A DNA stretch of 58,499 nucleotides from a virus. Its lineage: Duplodnaviria; Caudoviricetes. Below are positions 10,457 through 20,608 of the stretch, one piece after another. The position numbers were made by a program, and so were the translations under genes. The notes beneath the pieces were generated by a model that saw nothing but the letters and a program-made list of their open reading frames with translations, was not told where the DNA came from and did not search any database. How positions within the stretch are numbered: position 1 is the first letter of the stretch; each line of letters begins with the position of its first letter. The DNA lies in the IMG/VR virus record IMGVR_UViG_3300022744_000032, positions 1-58,499 of that record, one strand, 5' to 3'.

Positions 10457-11656
10457 TCAGACTGCAACGTCGCAGGTGATCAAACCGAAGTCTTCGTTCG
10501 GAGTGCCGGACTCGTAGATGGTACGGAACACCGGTTTTTTGAAACCGATGATCTTGCCCACTGCGATACCAACCTGGTTGTCGTAGTCCCATACTTGCTC
10601 GTCCCAGTTCGGCATGCCGAGGTCAGCGTAGGCCAGCGCTTGTGCACCGCACAGCAGGAGACGTTCGCCGTCGACATTCGAGCCGTGGGCACCCCATTTA
10701 CGGCCGGGGTAGCCTTGCTCACCAGAACCAGCAGTGTTTGCAGCACCAAGAGTGTTGAACACATAACGTGACTCAACAACACGGACACCATTCACCAACA
10801 CGCCGCCTCGGCCAGAAGCCAACTGGCCTTTGTCGCCCATACCGGTTTGCAGCGCACGGCTGTTAGCCAGGAAGTCCGCATCCATACGCAGGCGAGCCAT
10901 TGAGCGCGGACCAACGAACAGGACATACTCTTCGTCCAGACCACCCTGTGGTTTTACGCCACGGATGTACTTCTCTTTCGCCAACATTTTCAGCGCCACG
11001 ATAGTCGCGTAGCTGATAGTGTCGCCAGAAACCATAGAGGCTACGGCAGTAGGAGCCAGCGATTTCGTGCTGTTTACCCAGCGGAAGCCACGGTTGGCGG
11101 AAGGCGCGGTTACGTCGCTGGCGAAAGACAGGTCGTACAAGGACATGCCCGTAGCAGCTGTACGTGCCCATGCACCGGCGGAGTAGCTGAAACCTGTACG
11201 GATCGCGCCGTTCAGTTTCAAGCGATAGTCCATACCAGACATAGTCAGGAACGCAGCCTGGTCAGTACGGTCTGCCAACCAGTAGGCCAGCACGTCGCGT
11301 GATTGCTCACGGAAGTTGATAACCATTTTCTGGTCGTTCATGCGGCCGGACAGGCGGTTTGCGTTACGCAACTGGTCGATCTGGATTGTCTGGAACGAGC
11401 CAATCAACGCTTCTTCAGAGTCCCACAACTGGGTATCGCCAGCTGCACCGTCATTCACCAGATCAGAAACCAGGTGGATCTGGGCTTTAGCGCCTTTTTC
11501 AGTTTTGGAGAACTCGGTTACACGCTGAACGATAGAGTTGGCGTCTTTGCCAACATATTGTTCAACGAAGCTCGCATTACGAGCCATTTTGATGGTTTGG
11601 CGTGCCCAGGTAAGTTTCTCTGGCTGGGTCAACGCGGCAAAAGTAGTTAATGCCAT
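10457..11656 (-). CDS. Major capsid protein, N4 gp56-like family
   Basis: MALTTFAAL...IDQLRNANR..GRMNDQK..INFREQSRDVLAYWLADR...DYDNQVGI...DFGLITCD; RBS GAGG before ATG 11656. Confidence 0.9.
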   Translation of the reverse strand: MALTTFAALTQPEKLTWARQTIKMARNASFVEQYVGKDANSIVQRVTEFSKTEKGAKAQIHLVSDLVNDGAAGDTQLWDSEEALIGSFQTIQIDQLRNANRLSGRMNDQKMVINFREQSRDVLAYWLADRTDQAAFLTMSGMDYRLKLNGAIRTGFSYSAGAWARTAATGMSLYDLSFASDVTAPSANRGFRWVNSTKSLAPTAVASMVSGDTISYATIVALKMLAKEKYIRGVKPQGGLDEEYVLFVGPRSMARLRMDADFLANSRALQTGMGDKGQLASGRGGVLVNGVRVVESRYVFNTLGAANTAGSGEQGYPGRKWGAHGSNVDGERLLLCGAQALAYADLGMPNWDEQVWDYDNQVGIAVGKIIGFKKPVFRTIYESGTPNEDFGLITCDVAV

Positions 11657-11736
11657 GGTGTGATACCTCACAAATAAGTCACTGTTCGCGACGGATGTCG
11701 CTGCCTAGTTCCCAGGGTGTCGTGAGGGGCACGAAA

Positions 11737-11753
11737 TATAGGTGTTACCTGTA
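11737..11753. promoter_or_regulatory. 17-bp operator in MCP leader
   Basis: TATAGG-TGTTA-CCTGTA. Confidence 0.7.
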
Positions 11754-11794
11754 AATCTTGTGCCGGAATTCGTCCGGACGGCGGATATGTACAC

Positions 11795-11831
11795 ATTCTA
11801 TCCAGTCCCGTGAGTATAGGCAATACCTATA
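11795..11831 (-). promoter_or_regulatory. Sigma70-like MCP promoter overlapped by operator
   Basis: -35 TTGCCT (11823-11818), 17 bp spacer, -10 TAGAAT (11800-11795); operator TATAGG-CAATA-CCTATA 11815-11831. Confidence 0.7.
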
Positions 11832-11854
11832 CTCACGAGCAGGATTATTTTCTA

Positions 11855-12895
11855 TCAACCCAGTGCAAAGTCCCCACGGAGACGCTGGATTGTGCTGTCT
11901 GGCAGCGCGTAGAACTCCTCGTCACTCATGGTGGTTACGTCCAGCACTTGCGACGGTGCAATTTCTGCGCGAGCAGGAACGGCCGCCGGTTGCTGCAACA
12001 CCTTGTTGACGCGGGCCTGTTGCTCGCGTTGGCGTGCTTCGACTACAGGAGAGCGAAGGTCGACCGGAGCAGGTTTCGCCGCGGGCGCTGGTGTCGCTGT
12101 CGCCTGTAATACATCCGGGCGATACAACTGCAGCGTGACCGTAGCCGCTTTCCGGAGCGCCTCAGAGGGATTGAACCCTTTCGCGATCAGAATCCGGTGC
12201 ATTTCCAGCACTTCAGCGGTCAGGTTGGCGTCATACGTTTCCGCCTGGGCGTCCAGAATAGGAAACTCTGCCTCCAGTTCCGTCACAGTGTCTTGAAGCG
12301 CGGCCGCTTGCTGCTCCTGTGCCATTTCAGCCTTGATCTGCTGCATGACCCGCTTCGCCGTAAATTCCTGCGTCGCACGCATGTCTGCCTGGCGGATCGC
12401 AGCCAGGATTTCGGCCGCTTTTTCGTGCTGTCCATCCAGGATAGCATCGTGGTACAGCTGGATCTGCTCAACCGGTACCGCTTCGGCACGCAAGGTTTCT
12501 TCCATCCCTTGCTGGGTAGCCGCCATAAGCCGGCGTTCCAGTTCTGCCGCGCGTTCGTCCGCTTGGCGGCGGCGCTGGATTTCCTGATCCAGACGACTTT
12601 TCGGGATCATGTACTCCTTCTTCGCCGGTTTTGCGGCTTCAGCTTCTGCAGCGGCTTTTGCCACAGCTTCAGCCTCGGCAGCAGCGGCAGCCTCTGCGGC
12701 AGCGGCAGCTTCAACCTCGGCAGCTGCCTGGGCAGCAAGGGCTTCTTCGTCTTCGTCGTAATTCGGGGAAATCGACATTTCATCGATCATGCGACCTTGG
12801 CCACTCATCACGGCGTCGGCGTCCAGCCCGCCCAGTTCGTCCAGATCAAGTTCCAGTTGTTCTTCGTAGCTCGGTGTTGCTGCAGTACCTGTCAT
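11855..12895 (-). CDS. Capsid scaffolding protein
   Basis: Acidic Ala-rich coiled coil, IPKSRLD motif, C-terminal MSDEEFYALP...LRGD; lies between portal and MCP. Confidence 0.8.
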   Translation of the reverse strand: MTGTAATPSYEEQLELDLDELGGLDADAVMSGQGRMIDEMSISPNYDEDEEALAAQAAAEVEAAAAAEAAAAAEAEAVAKAAAEAEAAKPAKKEYMIPKSRLDQEIQRRRQADERAAELERRLMAATQQGMEETLRAEAVPVEQIQLYHDAILDGQHEKAAEILAAIRQADMRATQEFTAKRVMQQIKAEMAQEQQAAALQDTVTELEAEFPILDAQAETYDANLTAEVLEMHRILIAKGFNPSEALRKAATVTLQLYRPDVLQATATPAPAAKPAPVDLRSPVVEARQREQQARVNKVLQQPAAVPARAEIAPSQVLDVTTMSDEEFYALPDSTIQRLRGDFALG

Positions 12896-12896
12896 A

Positions 12897-15257
12897 TCAT
12901 TGCTCCTCCGCGACTGGACCTGCGGCAGGCGGCGCAGTCAGTGCGGAAAGGTTAACGTCATGTGCCTGCTGTTGTTCCTGTGCATGCTGTGCTGCGTGGG
13001 TATCAAACACCTGCGCGCTTATTTCGTGGGCGTGTTGCTGCCGCAGGGCTTCTGCATCATGGGCCGCCTCTGTGACCAGGGCATGCAACTCCGCCGTCTG
13101 CTTGGAGTGCTCCATGTGGAGCTTGTCCTGCGCGGTCAGGTGCAGTTTCCTGATGTCATGGTCCTGTTTGTTTTCCTGGAGCGCAGCGCGTGTTTGTGCC
13201 TGGATCGTAGCCTGGTCAAGACGCGTGGCGGAGTTCAACTGCGCCAGGTTATGCCGCAAGTCGTTCGTATCGCGGTTCATCTGCACATCAGCTTCGATCT
13301 GCGACTGCGCTGCTTCCGCCATGACTTCTGCGGCGTTCGCTTTCGCCACATTGAGCTGTGCTTCGGTCTGCAGCTTCTGCACCAGCGCGTTGAGTTGCTC
13401 CAGCTGCAACTGCATCTGCTGCATCTGCATTTGCGCCTGGATTTGCTGCGCTTGCTGTTGTTCCGGCGTCAACTCTCCACGGCCGGCGTCCTGCGCGACT
13501 TCTTTCGCAATCTGGGCGCGGTCCTCGAGGCCGGACAGGGCGACCAGGCGTTCTGGACGAATCTGGACACCGGACTGCATCATGGCGGCAGCTTCGATGA
13601 ACTGTTCCGCGCGGAACGTGGTACGCGATGGCACCATTGTGATGACCGCGTCGTACTCGCCACAACTGAGGTTGTTCACCACTTCGCCGGCGGCATTGAT
13701 TTCGTTGACGATGACTTCTTGTGGCTGGTCCTTGTCCACGGTCATGTACACGATCTGTTCCTGCGTACAAAAGTCCTGGATAACTTCTATAACCTTGCGC
13801 ATCAGGAGTTTGCGGCTGTACGCCAGGTTCTCCATGATCACCTGGTTCTGGTTTGATGTTTTGTCGTGCAGCGCCTGCAGCGGATTCCCCGTCATGGTTT
13901 TTGCTGGGTCTGGCGTCTGCTGGCTCGGGTCCACTCCGCCAATGCGGATGATATTGCCCAGCGCTTTCTGTTCTGCCCGGTCGAGCGCGGCCGGGATCTG
14001 GTTGGGCTGGATTTTCTCCGGCGCACCTTTCGTTTTGTTGTACTCGAGCACTACACCAGTTTGCGCGCCATGCGCTTTCAACTCGTCCGTGGTCATGTTC
14101 GTCAACGAGCCTGCAGGTACCATCCAGCCACTGTTCGCGGTGGTGTTAATCACGTGCAGTTCCTGCGACGCAATTTTATTCAACTGCTCCTGCGGGCTGA
14201 CCAGGTTATCGACCAGGCCGAAGGGCTTTCCGCGACGGAAATAGGGGAAATAAGGACGTTTCGTGAACGTACGATACGGCGACCAGGCATCGTGCAACAC
14301 GATGATCCCTGTGGTCACTGTCCACCGAATGCGGTTCTCGACCGAGCGGTGCAAGATACACTGGTTCTGCGTCGCAAATGCTTGCGCGCGAGCCGCGTCC
14401 CACCCTTCAGGTACACGGCGTTTGTCCCCGGTCAGCGGGTCGACGAAGGTCAGTACCTCACAGCGGACTTTGTACTCCCGCTCCAGTACACGGTAGCGTT
14501 TGCGGAGCGCTTTCGACGACTCTTCTTCACTGCCGGCGTAACTGGTGTACATCGTGGTGCCGCCGAACGTGTTGTAGGCGTACGTCAACGCGTCCTGCCC
14601 GAACTCCCCTGTTTCACAGAGGGACATCAGGGTGCTGACCTGCTCCGCGGACAGGTTGAAGTCTGTCCGGAGGTCATTCAACGATGCCCACCAGGTGCGG
14701 CCGACATATCCCCAGGTTGTCGGGTCATATTTCTTCCCGTCCGTGTCGATGATCACTTCCAACGGATCGATTGCCTGAACGCGCACGGTACCGCGGAGGC
14801 TTGTGTCGTACTCCATACGAACGTCCCACCAGCCACGGCGCTGGATCAGGCCATCTGATACGACCTGGCTTTCCTCGTGGTCGAAGTCATTGATACGGGC
14901 AATGTCCAGCCACATTTTCGAGAGCACAGCAGACAAGGACTCCGTGCCCCCGCGAGCGGCTTCGAAGGCAACACTGGCGCGTTTTGCAGCATGGTCGCCA
15001 AGCACTGCATCGACAATCGACAAAATCATATTGATTGTCAGCGCTGGACGCCCTTCTGCCGCCAGTTTCGCTGCATCTGTCGATTCCCACTGGTCGCCGA
15101 TGTAGAATTTTTCCAACCGGATCGCGTCATTCACATAGGTCGTGTGTGAGTTCCGGACCCGTGTCCACCATGCCCACTGGTCCTGGACAATCTGGTGCTC
15201 GTCACGAGCGTCAAGATCCTCGGCAATCGGGGGGAGCATCAGGGATAGGTCGCTCAT
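12897..15257 (-). CDS. Portal protein
   Basis: FYIGDQW...GRPALTINMI; PFGLVDNLVSPQEQLNK; long Gln-rich C-terminal coil; follows TerL. Confidence 0.9.
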   Translation of the reverse strand: MSDLSLMLPPIAEDLDARDEHQIVQDQWAWWTRVRNSHTTYVNDAIRLEKFYIGDQWESTDAAKLAAEGRPALTINMILSIVDAVLGDHAAKRASVAFEAARGGTESLSAVLSKMWLDIARINDFDHEESQVVSDGLIQRRGWWDVRMEYDTSLRGTVRVQAIDPLEVIIDTDGKKYDPTTWGYVGRTWWASLNDLRTDFNLSAEQVSTLMSLCETGEFGQDALTYAYNTFGGTTMYTSYAGSEEESSKALRKRYRVLEREYKVRCEVLTFVDPLTGDKRRVPEGWDAARAQAFATQNQCILHRSVENRIRWTVTTGIIVLHDAWSPYRTFTKRPYFPYFRRGKPFGLVDNLVSPQEQLNKIASQELHVINTTANSGWMVPAGSLTNMTTDELKAHGAQTGVVLEYNKTKGAPEKIQPNQIPAALDRAEQKALGNIIRIGGVDPSQQTPDPAKTMTGNPLQALHDKTSNQNQVIMENLAYSRKLLMRKVIEVIQDFCTQEQIVYMTVDKDQPQEVIVNEINAAGEVVNNLSCGEYDAVITMVPSRTTFRAEQFIEAAAMMQSGVQIRPERLVALSGLEDRAQIAKEVAQDAGRGELTPEQQQAQQIQAQMQMQQMQLQLEQLNALVQKLQTEAQLNVAKANAAEVMAEAAQSQIEADVQMNRDTNDLRHNLAQLNSATRLDQATIQAQTRAALQENKQDHDIRKLHLTAQDKLHMEHSKQTAELHALVTEAAHDAEALRQQHAHEISAQVFDTHAAQHAQEQQQAHDVNLSALTAPPAAGPVAEEQ

Positions 15258-15265
15258 TCGTTACC

Positions 15266-17851
15266 TCAAGCACTCATGGCGGTTTTGCCGCCTTCAATTA
15301 CAAACAATTTGTCCCGCCAGGAGGCTTTCGCCTTCTGTGGGCGCTCGCGGTAGCCAACCATGTCCATGATCATCTGCCCCAACCAGGCCATGGCATCCAC
15401 CTGGTCATCGTTCGTGCCACCTGCCAGGAAGCGCAGCATCTCGTCCATCAACTCGTGGACCCACGGGGCTTTATCCGGGTGGGGGAGAAGGACACGTCCT
15501 TGTCGCATCAGTCCTTGTATGGGGCGCGCACGCGCTGCCTTGTCCTGCCTGCCCGGGGGCAACTGCAGGATGTGCATGTCGTACAGGCGTTTCTTGTCGA
15601 TGGATTTCTGCATGAACGGGCCGATGGATTTCTCGATCTGGCCAGCTTCGATACCAACGATGTCCATGATCGGCCGCCATTTCATGAAGGCGTCGCAGAT
15701 GTTTTCCATGGTTTCCATGGCATCGAACTTGCCCCGGACACGGTCGAGGATGTAGATGTCATCATGCTCGTCCACGCCTGCGGTCATGCCGACGGTGTAG
15801 TTCGACAAATCGTTCGTGGTGACGGCCAAGTCCCATGCCTGGTAGCCGATCAATTTACTGGTATCAACCACATCCGGGTCGTAGAACTTGAACATTTCAC
15901 GGGTAAAGTACATCCCGGTTTCAGGGGTCGGGTTCTGCTGGAACAGGGCCGACCATTTCCGTTCACCGAGCACTTTCCGTATCCGCGCGAGGGATTTCTC
16001 GTCATACCGGTCAGGGTGAAGTGCCTCGCCTTTCTTCCGGTTCGGCTCGTCCTGGGTGGCCAGGGCAGGAAACTCGATCAGCTGCCATTTGTCCCCGCCA
16101 TTTTTCTGCTCCGCCAGTAGACGGCCACCGAGGTCATCTTCATGCCAGCGGGTCATGATCAGGATCACGCCGCCGCCGGGGGCGAGACGCGTATAAGCGT
16201 CAGAGGTGTACCAGTCCCACGCCGCTTCGCGTTGTGTCGGGCTGTCTGCATCTTCCTGACTACGGACCGGGTCATCGATCATGAGGATGTGGGCACCACG
16301 GCCGGCGATACCGGAGCCGACACCTGCGGCAAAGTACGCGCCGCCCTGCGCGGTGAACCATTCTTCTGCGGCCTGTGAATCCGGGTCCAGACGCGTGTCG
16401 AAAATCTGGTGATAGTCACTGTCCCGAAGGAGTGCCCGATTACGACGGCTGAAGCCCATCGCCAGGCCCGTGGTGTGGGACGCAGCGATCACTTCATGTT
16501 GCGGGTACTTGCCCAGGTGCCAGGCAGGAAACCGGCGTGACGCGATCTCGGAATTGTGGGTAGGGATCAGTGTCTTCCCCGCCAGGTACAGCCCGTCTTC
16601 CGAATCAACCTGGATACACTTCCCCTGAAGCCCCTGTGGTGCATAGGTTATACCTATAATCCCGCGCATGCGCTGTTTTGCAAAACGCGTAATTTGCTTC
16701 CTCGGCAGGACAGTCGGTAAAGGGAGCGTCGGTTGAAAACCGATGTAGTAACAGGTTTTTTTACCTACGACCCCGGATGTCGATGTTGTTGGTGCCGCCG
16801 CGGATACATGCGGGGCGAAGCCCAGACCGGTCAGTACCTCCACAATGTCATCGACCAGGCGTTTGTTCGCAGCGACAATCCTTACCCGGCCCGTTTTCTT
16901 ACAAACGTGCCCGTCGGTATCGACGAGCCCTGCAATCAATGCGAGCCGCTGAATAACCGAGCCCAATTTATACTCAGTAGGGATGTGTTTATTCCCCGCT
17001 ACACCAAGCGCCTTTAACTCTACCCACATCCGGCCGCTGTTATTCGGCTTCGGCCCGGCAAAACTGGTAGTAACCACACCGGTGCCTTTGTGTATCTGCT
17101 GGCTTGATATCGGATACCCCAAGGCTTCAATGGCCCGCACGACTGCCTTATCGCCCGTGCAGTGGGTGATCGCAGGTTTCTTCGACGTACCATCACCGAG
17201 CCAGGCCCCAAGGACATACGGCGGCATAGTGAACTCTTGCGCGGGAAATTTCAGACTAGAAACTTGCTGGAGCTGGTACATACAGCGGCCGCCGGGCGTA
17301 AGATCGAGCTGCTTCCTATACTTCGTGGTGCGGGTGAAATACGCAGTTTCGGCGGTTATCCACTGCTGCGCCGAACGGTGGTATACCGTCCACTCGTGGT
17401 TTTCATGACAATGGATCACACTGCCGTCTGAAAACTCAACCCGCATGTTCGCAGGTGCTTTGGCCGATGTCGCCAGCACCTTCACCGGGTGCCCGTGGGG
17501 GTGGAATACCATGTCCCCCACTTCCAGATCCCCGTGGTTTTTCCACCCGGTTGTGGTCAACACGGGTGTGTTGTCGGCCAGAAGTTTCCCGTGGCGCGGA
17601 GGCACACAGATCATGAGCCGGGGGGATTTTTTATCGGCCACGTCCTGGGAAAACTGTTCCAGGACCTCGCAGATCTGCTTATGCACCCAGCCCGCCTGAT
17701 AATTCGGGTTAAACCGCTGCACGAACGGCAGCAAGTGGCGTCGACACAGTTCCCGTGAGGCGAGTTCGGCCATCGCCCCGCGTGCGGCCGCGTTCGGCAT
17801 CGCAGTCGGCAGGTCGAGGGAAAACTCTGTCTCTTCCGGGAACAGGTCCAC
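15266..17851 (-). CDS. terL: Terminase large subunit, intein-containing
   Basis: Walker A PPRHGK|S split by intein, Walker B LMIDDP, coupling motif IMTRWHEDD, nuclease AWDLA and DDQVDA. Confidence 0.95.
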   Translation of the reverse strand: MDLFPEETEFSLDLPTAMPNAAARGAMAELASRELCRRHLLPFVQRFNPNYQAGWVHKQICEVLEQFSQDVADKKSPRLMICVPPRHGKLLADNTPVLTTTGWKNHGDLEVGDMVFHPHGHPVKVLATSAKAPANMRVEFSDGSVIHCHENHEWTVYHRSAQQWITAETAYFTRTTKYRKQLDLTPGGRCMYQLQQVSSLKFPAQEFTMPPYVLGAWLGDGTSKKPAITHCTGDKAVVRAIEALGYPISSQQIHKGTGVVTTSFAGPKPNNSGRMWVELKALGVAGNKHIPTEYKLGSVIQRLALIAGLVDTDGHVCKKTGRVRIVAANKRLVDDIVEVLTGLGFAPHVSAAAPTTSTSGVVGKKTCYYIGFQPTLPLPTVLPRKQITRFAKQRMRGIIGITYAPQGLQGKCIQVDSEDGLYLAGKTLIPTHNSEIASRRFPAWHLGKYPQHEVIAASHTTGLAMGFSRRNRALLRDSDYHQIFDTRLDPDSQAAEEWFTAQGGAYFAAGVGSGIAGRGAHILMIDDPVRSQEDADSPTQREAAWDWYTSDAYTRLAPGGGVILIMTRWHEDDLGGRLLAEQKNGGDKWQLIEFPALATQDEPNRKKGEALHPDRYDEKSLARIRKVLGERKWSALFQQNPTPETGMYFTREMFKFYDPDVVDTSKLIGYQAWDLAVTTNDLSNYTVGMTAGVDEHDDIYILDRVRGKFDAMETMENICDAFMKWRPIMDIVGIEAGQIEKSIGPFMQKSIDKKRLYDMHILQLPPGRQDKAARARPIQGLMRQGRVLLPHPDKAPWVHELMDEMLRFLAGGTNDDQVDAMAWLGQMIMDMVGYRERPQKAKASWRDKLFVIEGGKTAMSA
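16553..17584 (-). mobile_element. Class 3 intein with LAGLIDADG homing endonuclease (344 aa)
   Basis: Starts LLADNTPV (no N-terminal Cys/Ser), block B HEW, block F KCIQVD, ends PTHN|S; LGAWLGDG and IAGLVDTDG motifs. Confidence 0.9.
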
Positions 17852-17853
17852 TG

Positions 17854-18240
17854 TTACGCGTACTCGTGGTGGTCGTCGGACTCGTCTTGTTTCTTATCCA
17901 AATGTGGTTCGACGCGGGCGTACTGGCGACGGGTCAAAGTGTAATGTTTCCGCCCCATGTGCCCTTCTTCGCCCTCACCGAACTGCTTCAGGTGTTCCAT
18001 CACAGCAGGGTCGCCAGTGGAAACCCGATAGCCATTCTGGACCGGCTCGACAAGGGTGTGTTCGCGGGCTTCTTCTGCGGCGACGCCTGCAGCGCCTACG
18101 CCGGCAGTGGCAGCAGCCGCTTTGGCGACAGGTTTGGCTTTCTCGCCGAATGCCTTCGCGTGCGCTTTCGCCGCGATCAGTTTCGCTTCAGCTACCGAGA
18201 TCAGTTTTCCGGCAGCGCCGGCAGGAGAGCCCATGCCCAT
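17854..18240 (-). CDS. Hypothetical protein, paralog family A
   Basis: Ala-rich N-terminus; C-terminal domain VEPVQNGYRV...LKQFG...YTLT..QYAR. Confidence 0.7.
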   Translation of the reverse strand: MGMGSPAGAAGKLISVAEAKLIAAKAHAKAFGEKAKPVAKAAAATAGVGAAGVAAEEAREHTLVEPVQNGYRVSTGDPAVMEHLKQFGEGEEGHMGRKHYTLTRRQYARVEPHLDKKQDESDDHHEYA

Positions 18241-18713
18241 TACTTCATCCCCCCGACAGCTTGCTGCGCGCGGGCGAACTCGCCCGCGTTCAACGTGAAT
18301 GTGGCCGATCCGTCGTCGTTTACGTCCGGATTCGGCTGGAACTGGGCCAGGATCTGGGCCAGTTTCTGGTTTTTGGTATGGATACGGACCAGCCCACGGC
18401 CCACGGGCTCGATCTGCGTCTCCTGCTGCATCATCGCCTGCTCGTTGGAGTTGATATTGGCGTTATTCGAGTGGACCACGGCCCCGTCCATCAGCATCGC
18501 ACCGGCGGTGCCTGCGCCAGCGGCGACGCCTGCGTTCCGGTTCACGATGTCTTTTGCAGCAACGCCCAGTCCGGCCGCTTTCTGTGCCACAGGACTCGCG
18601 GCAATCCGTTCTGCCCCAGCAATACCGGCGTTTACCACCTTCCCTGCTGCCGGTTTCGCTGCCAACATCGCGATTTTTTCCGCGATTCCTGCCCCAATAC
18701 TCGCTGCGCCCAT
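18240..18713 (-). CDS. Hypothetical protein, paralog family A
   Basis: Gly/Ala-rich N-terminus; IEPVGRGLVRI...LAQFQ...FTLN..EFAR. Confidence 0.7.
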   Translation of the reverse strand: MGAASIGAGIAEKIAMLAAKPAAGKVVNAGIAGAERIAASPVAQKAAGLGVAAKDIVNRNAGVAAGAGTAGAMLMDGAVVHSNNANINSNEQAMMQQETQIEPVGRGLVRIHTKNQKLAQILAQFQPNPDVNDDGSATFTLNAGEFARAQQAVGGMK

Positions 18714-18747
18714 GTTCTATACCCCTGAGAAAAGTGGAAAGTGCCGC

Positions 18748-19623
18748 TTACGCGCGTGGTGTCGCCATAATTGTGGCCTGGGTGCAGACCAACCAGTCAG
18801 TAGCCGTCGCCAGCTGCGCGGTGTAGGTAATCGTCTGCGCTGCGGTCGTGTCCACGCCCATCGCCGTCGGAGCAGCAGTGCTGCCCGCGCCCCATGACGC
18901 ACCGGGGCGGGTTAACTGGGCAGTTTCCGCGCCCGCGTTCGCAAAACCCCCTTCCAGGCGCTGCGCCGCAACCGATTCCAGCGCGAGGCTGGCAAAAACG
19001 GTACTGCCCAGTTTCGCTTTTACGGTTTTCGCCCCTTCGGTATTCGCTGTCTCGAACTGCCCGATCGCTGTCACGGTGCCATTCGGCCCCAGCAGGTGAT
19101 CAGGGAGCGCGGTGATACCCAGTACCACCTCGGTTGTCACGCCTGCGCCGCCCGGTACATCGCCCTCGAACGCGACAAGGTCGTCCGCCGCCGGGCGAAC
19201 AGGTATCACGCCAGCTGCCGGCGTGTATGTGTTGTTCGACACCACCGCCGCGGTCGTGGAGGAGAAATCCGTCCAGTAAAAACCGGCCTCCTGCCCGTCC
19301 ACGATCGTGTCCGTGTCGTAGTAATAGAACCCGTCAATCGCGCGGGACAGTGCCGTACCGAACACAATCGCCCCGTCAACGGTGCCGGTGAACGACGGCG
19401 CGATCCCGATCGCGAGGGTGTACTGCCCGAGGACTACATCCCCGGCAACCGGGAGATACCGCGTCGCTGTTGCACGGAACAGGGCGTTGCCCAGGTCGGC
19501 GAACGTGAGGTGGTTCCCTTCGCACAGGGCGGCGGAGGGGCGCTCGGCCCACAAATACTCGGCGAACCGTGCGGTGTGTCCGTCAAAGTGGTGGCTAACC
19601 TGTACTGGAGAAGTCATGTTCAT
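18748..19623 (-). CDS. Putative virion structural protein
   Basis: 291 aa Thr/Ala/Gly-rich beta-type composition; coupled to TerS. Confidence 0.5.
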   Translation of the reverse strand: MNMTSPVQVSHHFDGHTARFAEYLWAERPSAALCEGNHLTFADLGNALFRATATRYLPVAGDVVLGQYTLAIGIAPSFTGTVDGAIVFGTALSRAIDGFYYYDTDTIVDGQEAGFYWTDFSSTTAAVVSNNTYTPAAGVIPVRPAADDLVAFEGDVPGGAGVTTEVVLGITALPDHLLGPNGTVTAIGQFETANTEGAKTVKAKLGSTVFASLALESVAAQRLEGGFANAGAETAQLTRPGASWGAGSTAAPTAMGVDTTAAQTITYTAQLATATDWLVCTQATIMATPRA

Positions 19624-20111
19624 GCCTCTTGCTGATGCGCTATGCGCAATAATTCATCTGTTGACATGCGTTCGAACCGTTTCTGGCCATTAACCTGCAC
19701 ATCGCCATTGATCTGGGTGTTATTCGTGATATTTGTGCCTTTCTGTGAGTCTGATTTGTACAACCCGTGTAGTTTCCCCAGCTCCCGTGCTGCGGCTATC
19801 TCTTCAGTAGCCGTCGCCGCCTTACGGTGCGCTTCCATGAGCATGACCGTAACCGTCGCCCGCGTGATATGCACCGCTTCGTCATACATGTCCCTCATCT
19901 GCTCCATCAACCGCTGTACTTTCAGCAGTCCCTGGAAATTACGGGCTGTATCCGGGTCCATCCCGGCGTATCTGGCGGCCTGCAACAGACCAAAACCATG
20001 GCACCGGAGGGTGATAAACCGCTCCTGCTGCGGGGTGAAGTCCAGTTCCGCCATCACTGCGGCGTTGTGGACGTGGTCGAAGTCCCCTTCCGGGATCTCT
20101 TCGGGGGACAT
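19620..20111 (-). CDS. terS: Terminase small subunit
   Basis: FTPQQERF...QAARYAG HTH; AARELGKLHGLY motif. Confidence 0.8.
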   Translation of the reverse strand: MSPEEIPEGDFDHVHNAAVMAELDFTPQQERFITLRCHGFGLLQAARYAGMDPDTARNFQGLLKVQRLMEQMRDMYDEAVHITRATVTVMLMEAHRKAATATEEIAAARELGKLHGLYKSDSQKGTNITNNTQINGDVQVNGQKRFERMSTDELLRIAHQQEA

Positions 20112-20608
20112 TACCCCTCCAGTCCATGCTCCTGGACCAGACGCTGGTATTCCCGCGCCCCCAGGGTGTAGGTTTTCCGCCCGTCGCTGGCAAAACCACT
20201 GCCGAACGCCGCCAGGAGTGGATCCAGGTGGCGTGCGATGGGGTCGTGCTGGTCGAATGACACCCGGACGTGGCCGGATGGCAGCTGTTCGATGTTCAAC
20301 GAGCTGGGCGGCGCACCGTCGTTGTCCACAGCACCGGCCGTGTCCACGTCACCATCGCCACCATCCCCGCCCAGAAGGCGGTCCACGCCATTCATCAGGG
20401 CCATGCCCGCGGCAGTTTCCACGCCGAACCGGGTGAGTTTGCTGTTCTTGATCTTTTTCGCGCCCCGGACCACTTTCCGGAGCATGCCGGGGGCTTCCGC
20501 TACCGTGGCCGCGTTGCCGATCGCCTCCAGGGGGATCGCAATCTCTGGCTGCCCGGCTACTGCAGCGGCTGCGCCACCGACTTTTGCGGCCTTACTCCAG
20601 AAACCCAT
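20111..20608 (-). CDS. Hypothetical protein, paralog family A
   Basis: IEQLPSGHVRV...LAAFG...YTLG..EYQR. Confidence 0.7.
   Translation of the reverse strand: MGFWSKAAKVGGAAAAVAGQPEIAIPLEAIGNAATVAEAPGMLRKVVRGAKKIKNSKLTRFGVETAAGMALMNGVDRLLGGDGGDGDVDTAGAVDNDGAPPSSLNIEQLPSGHVRVSFDQHDPIARHLDPLLAAFGSGFASDGRKTYTLGAREYQRLVQEHGLEG

Noticed and set aside
12631-14244. Long + strand ORFs antisense to structural genes (e.g. 537 aa here, also 15035-16120 and 17755-18897)
   Set aside because: Shadow frames of GC-rich portal, terminase and neighbouring genes; no RBS or motifs
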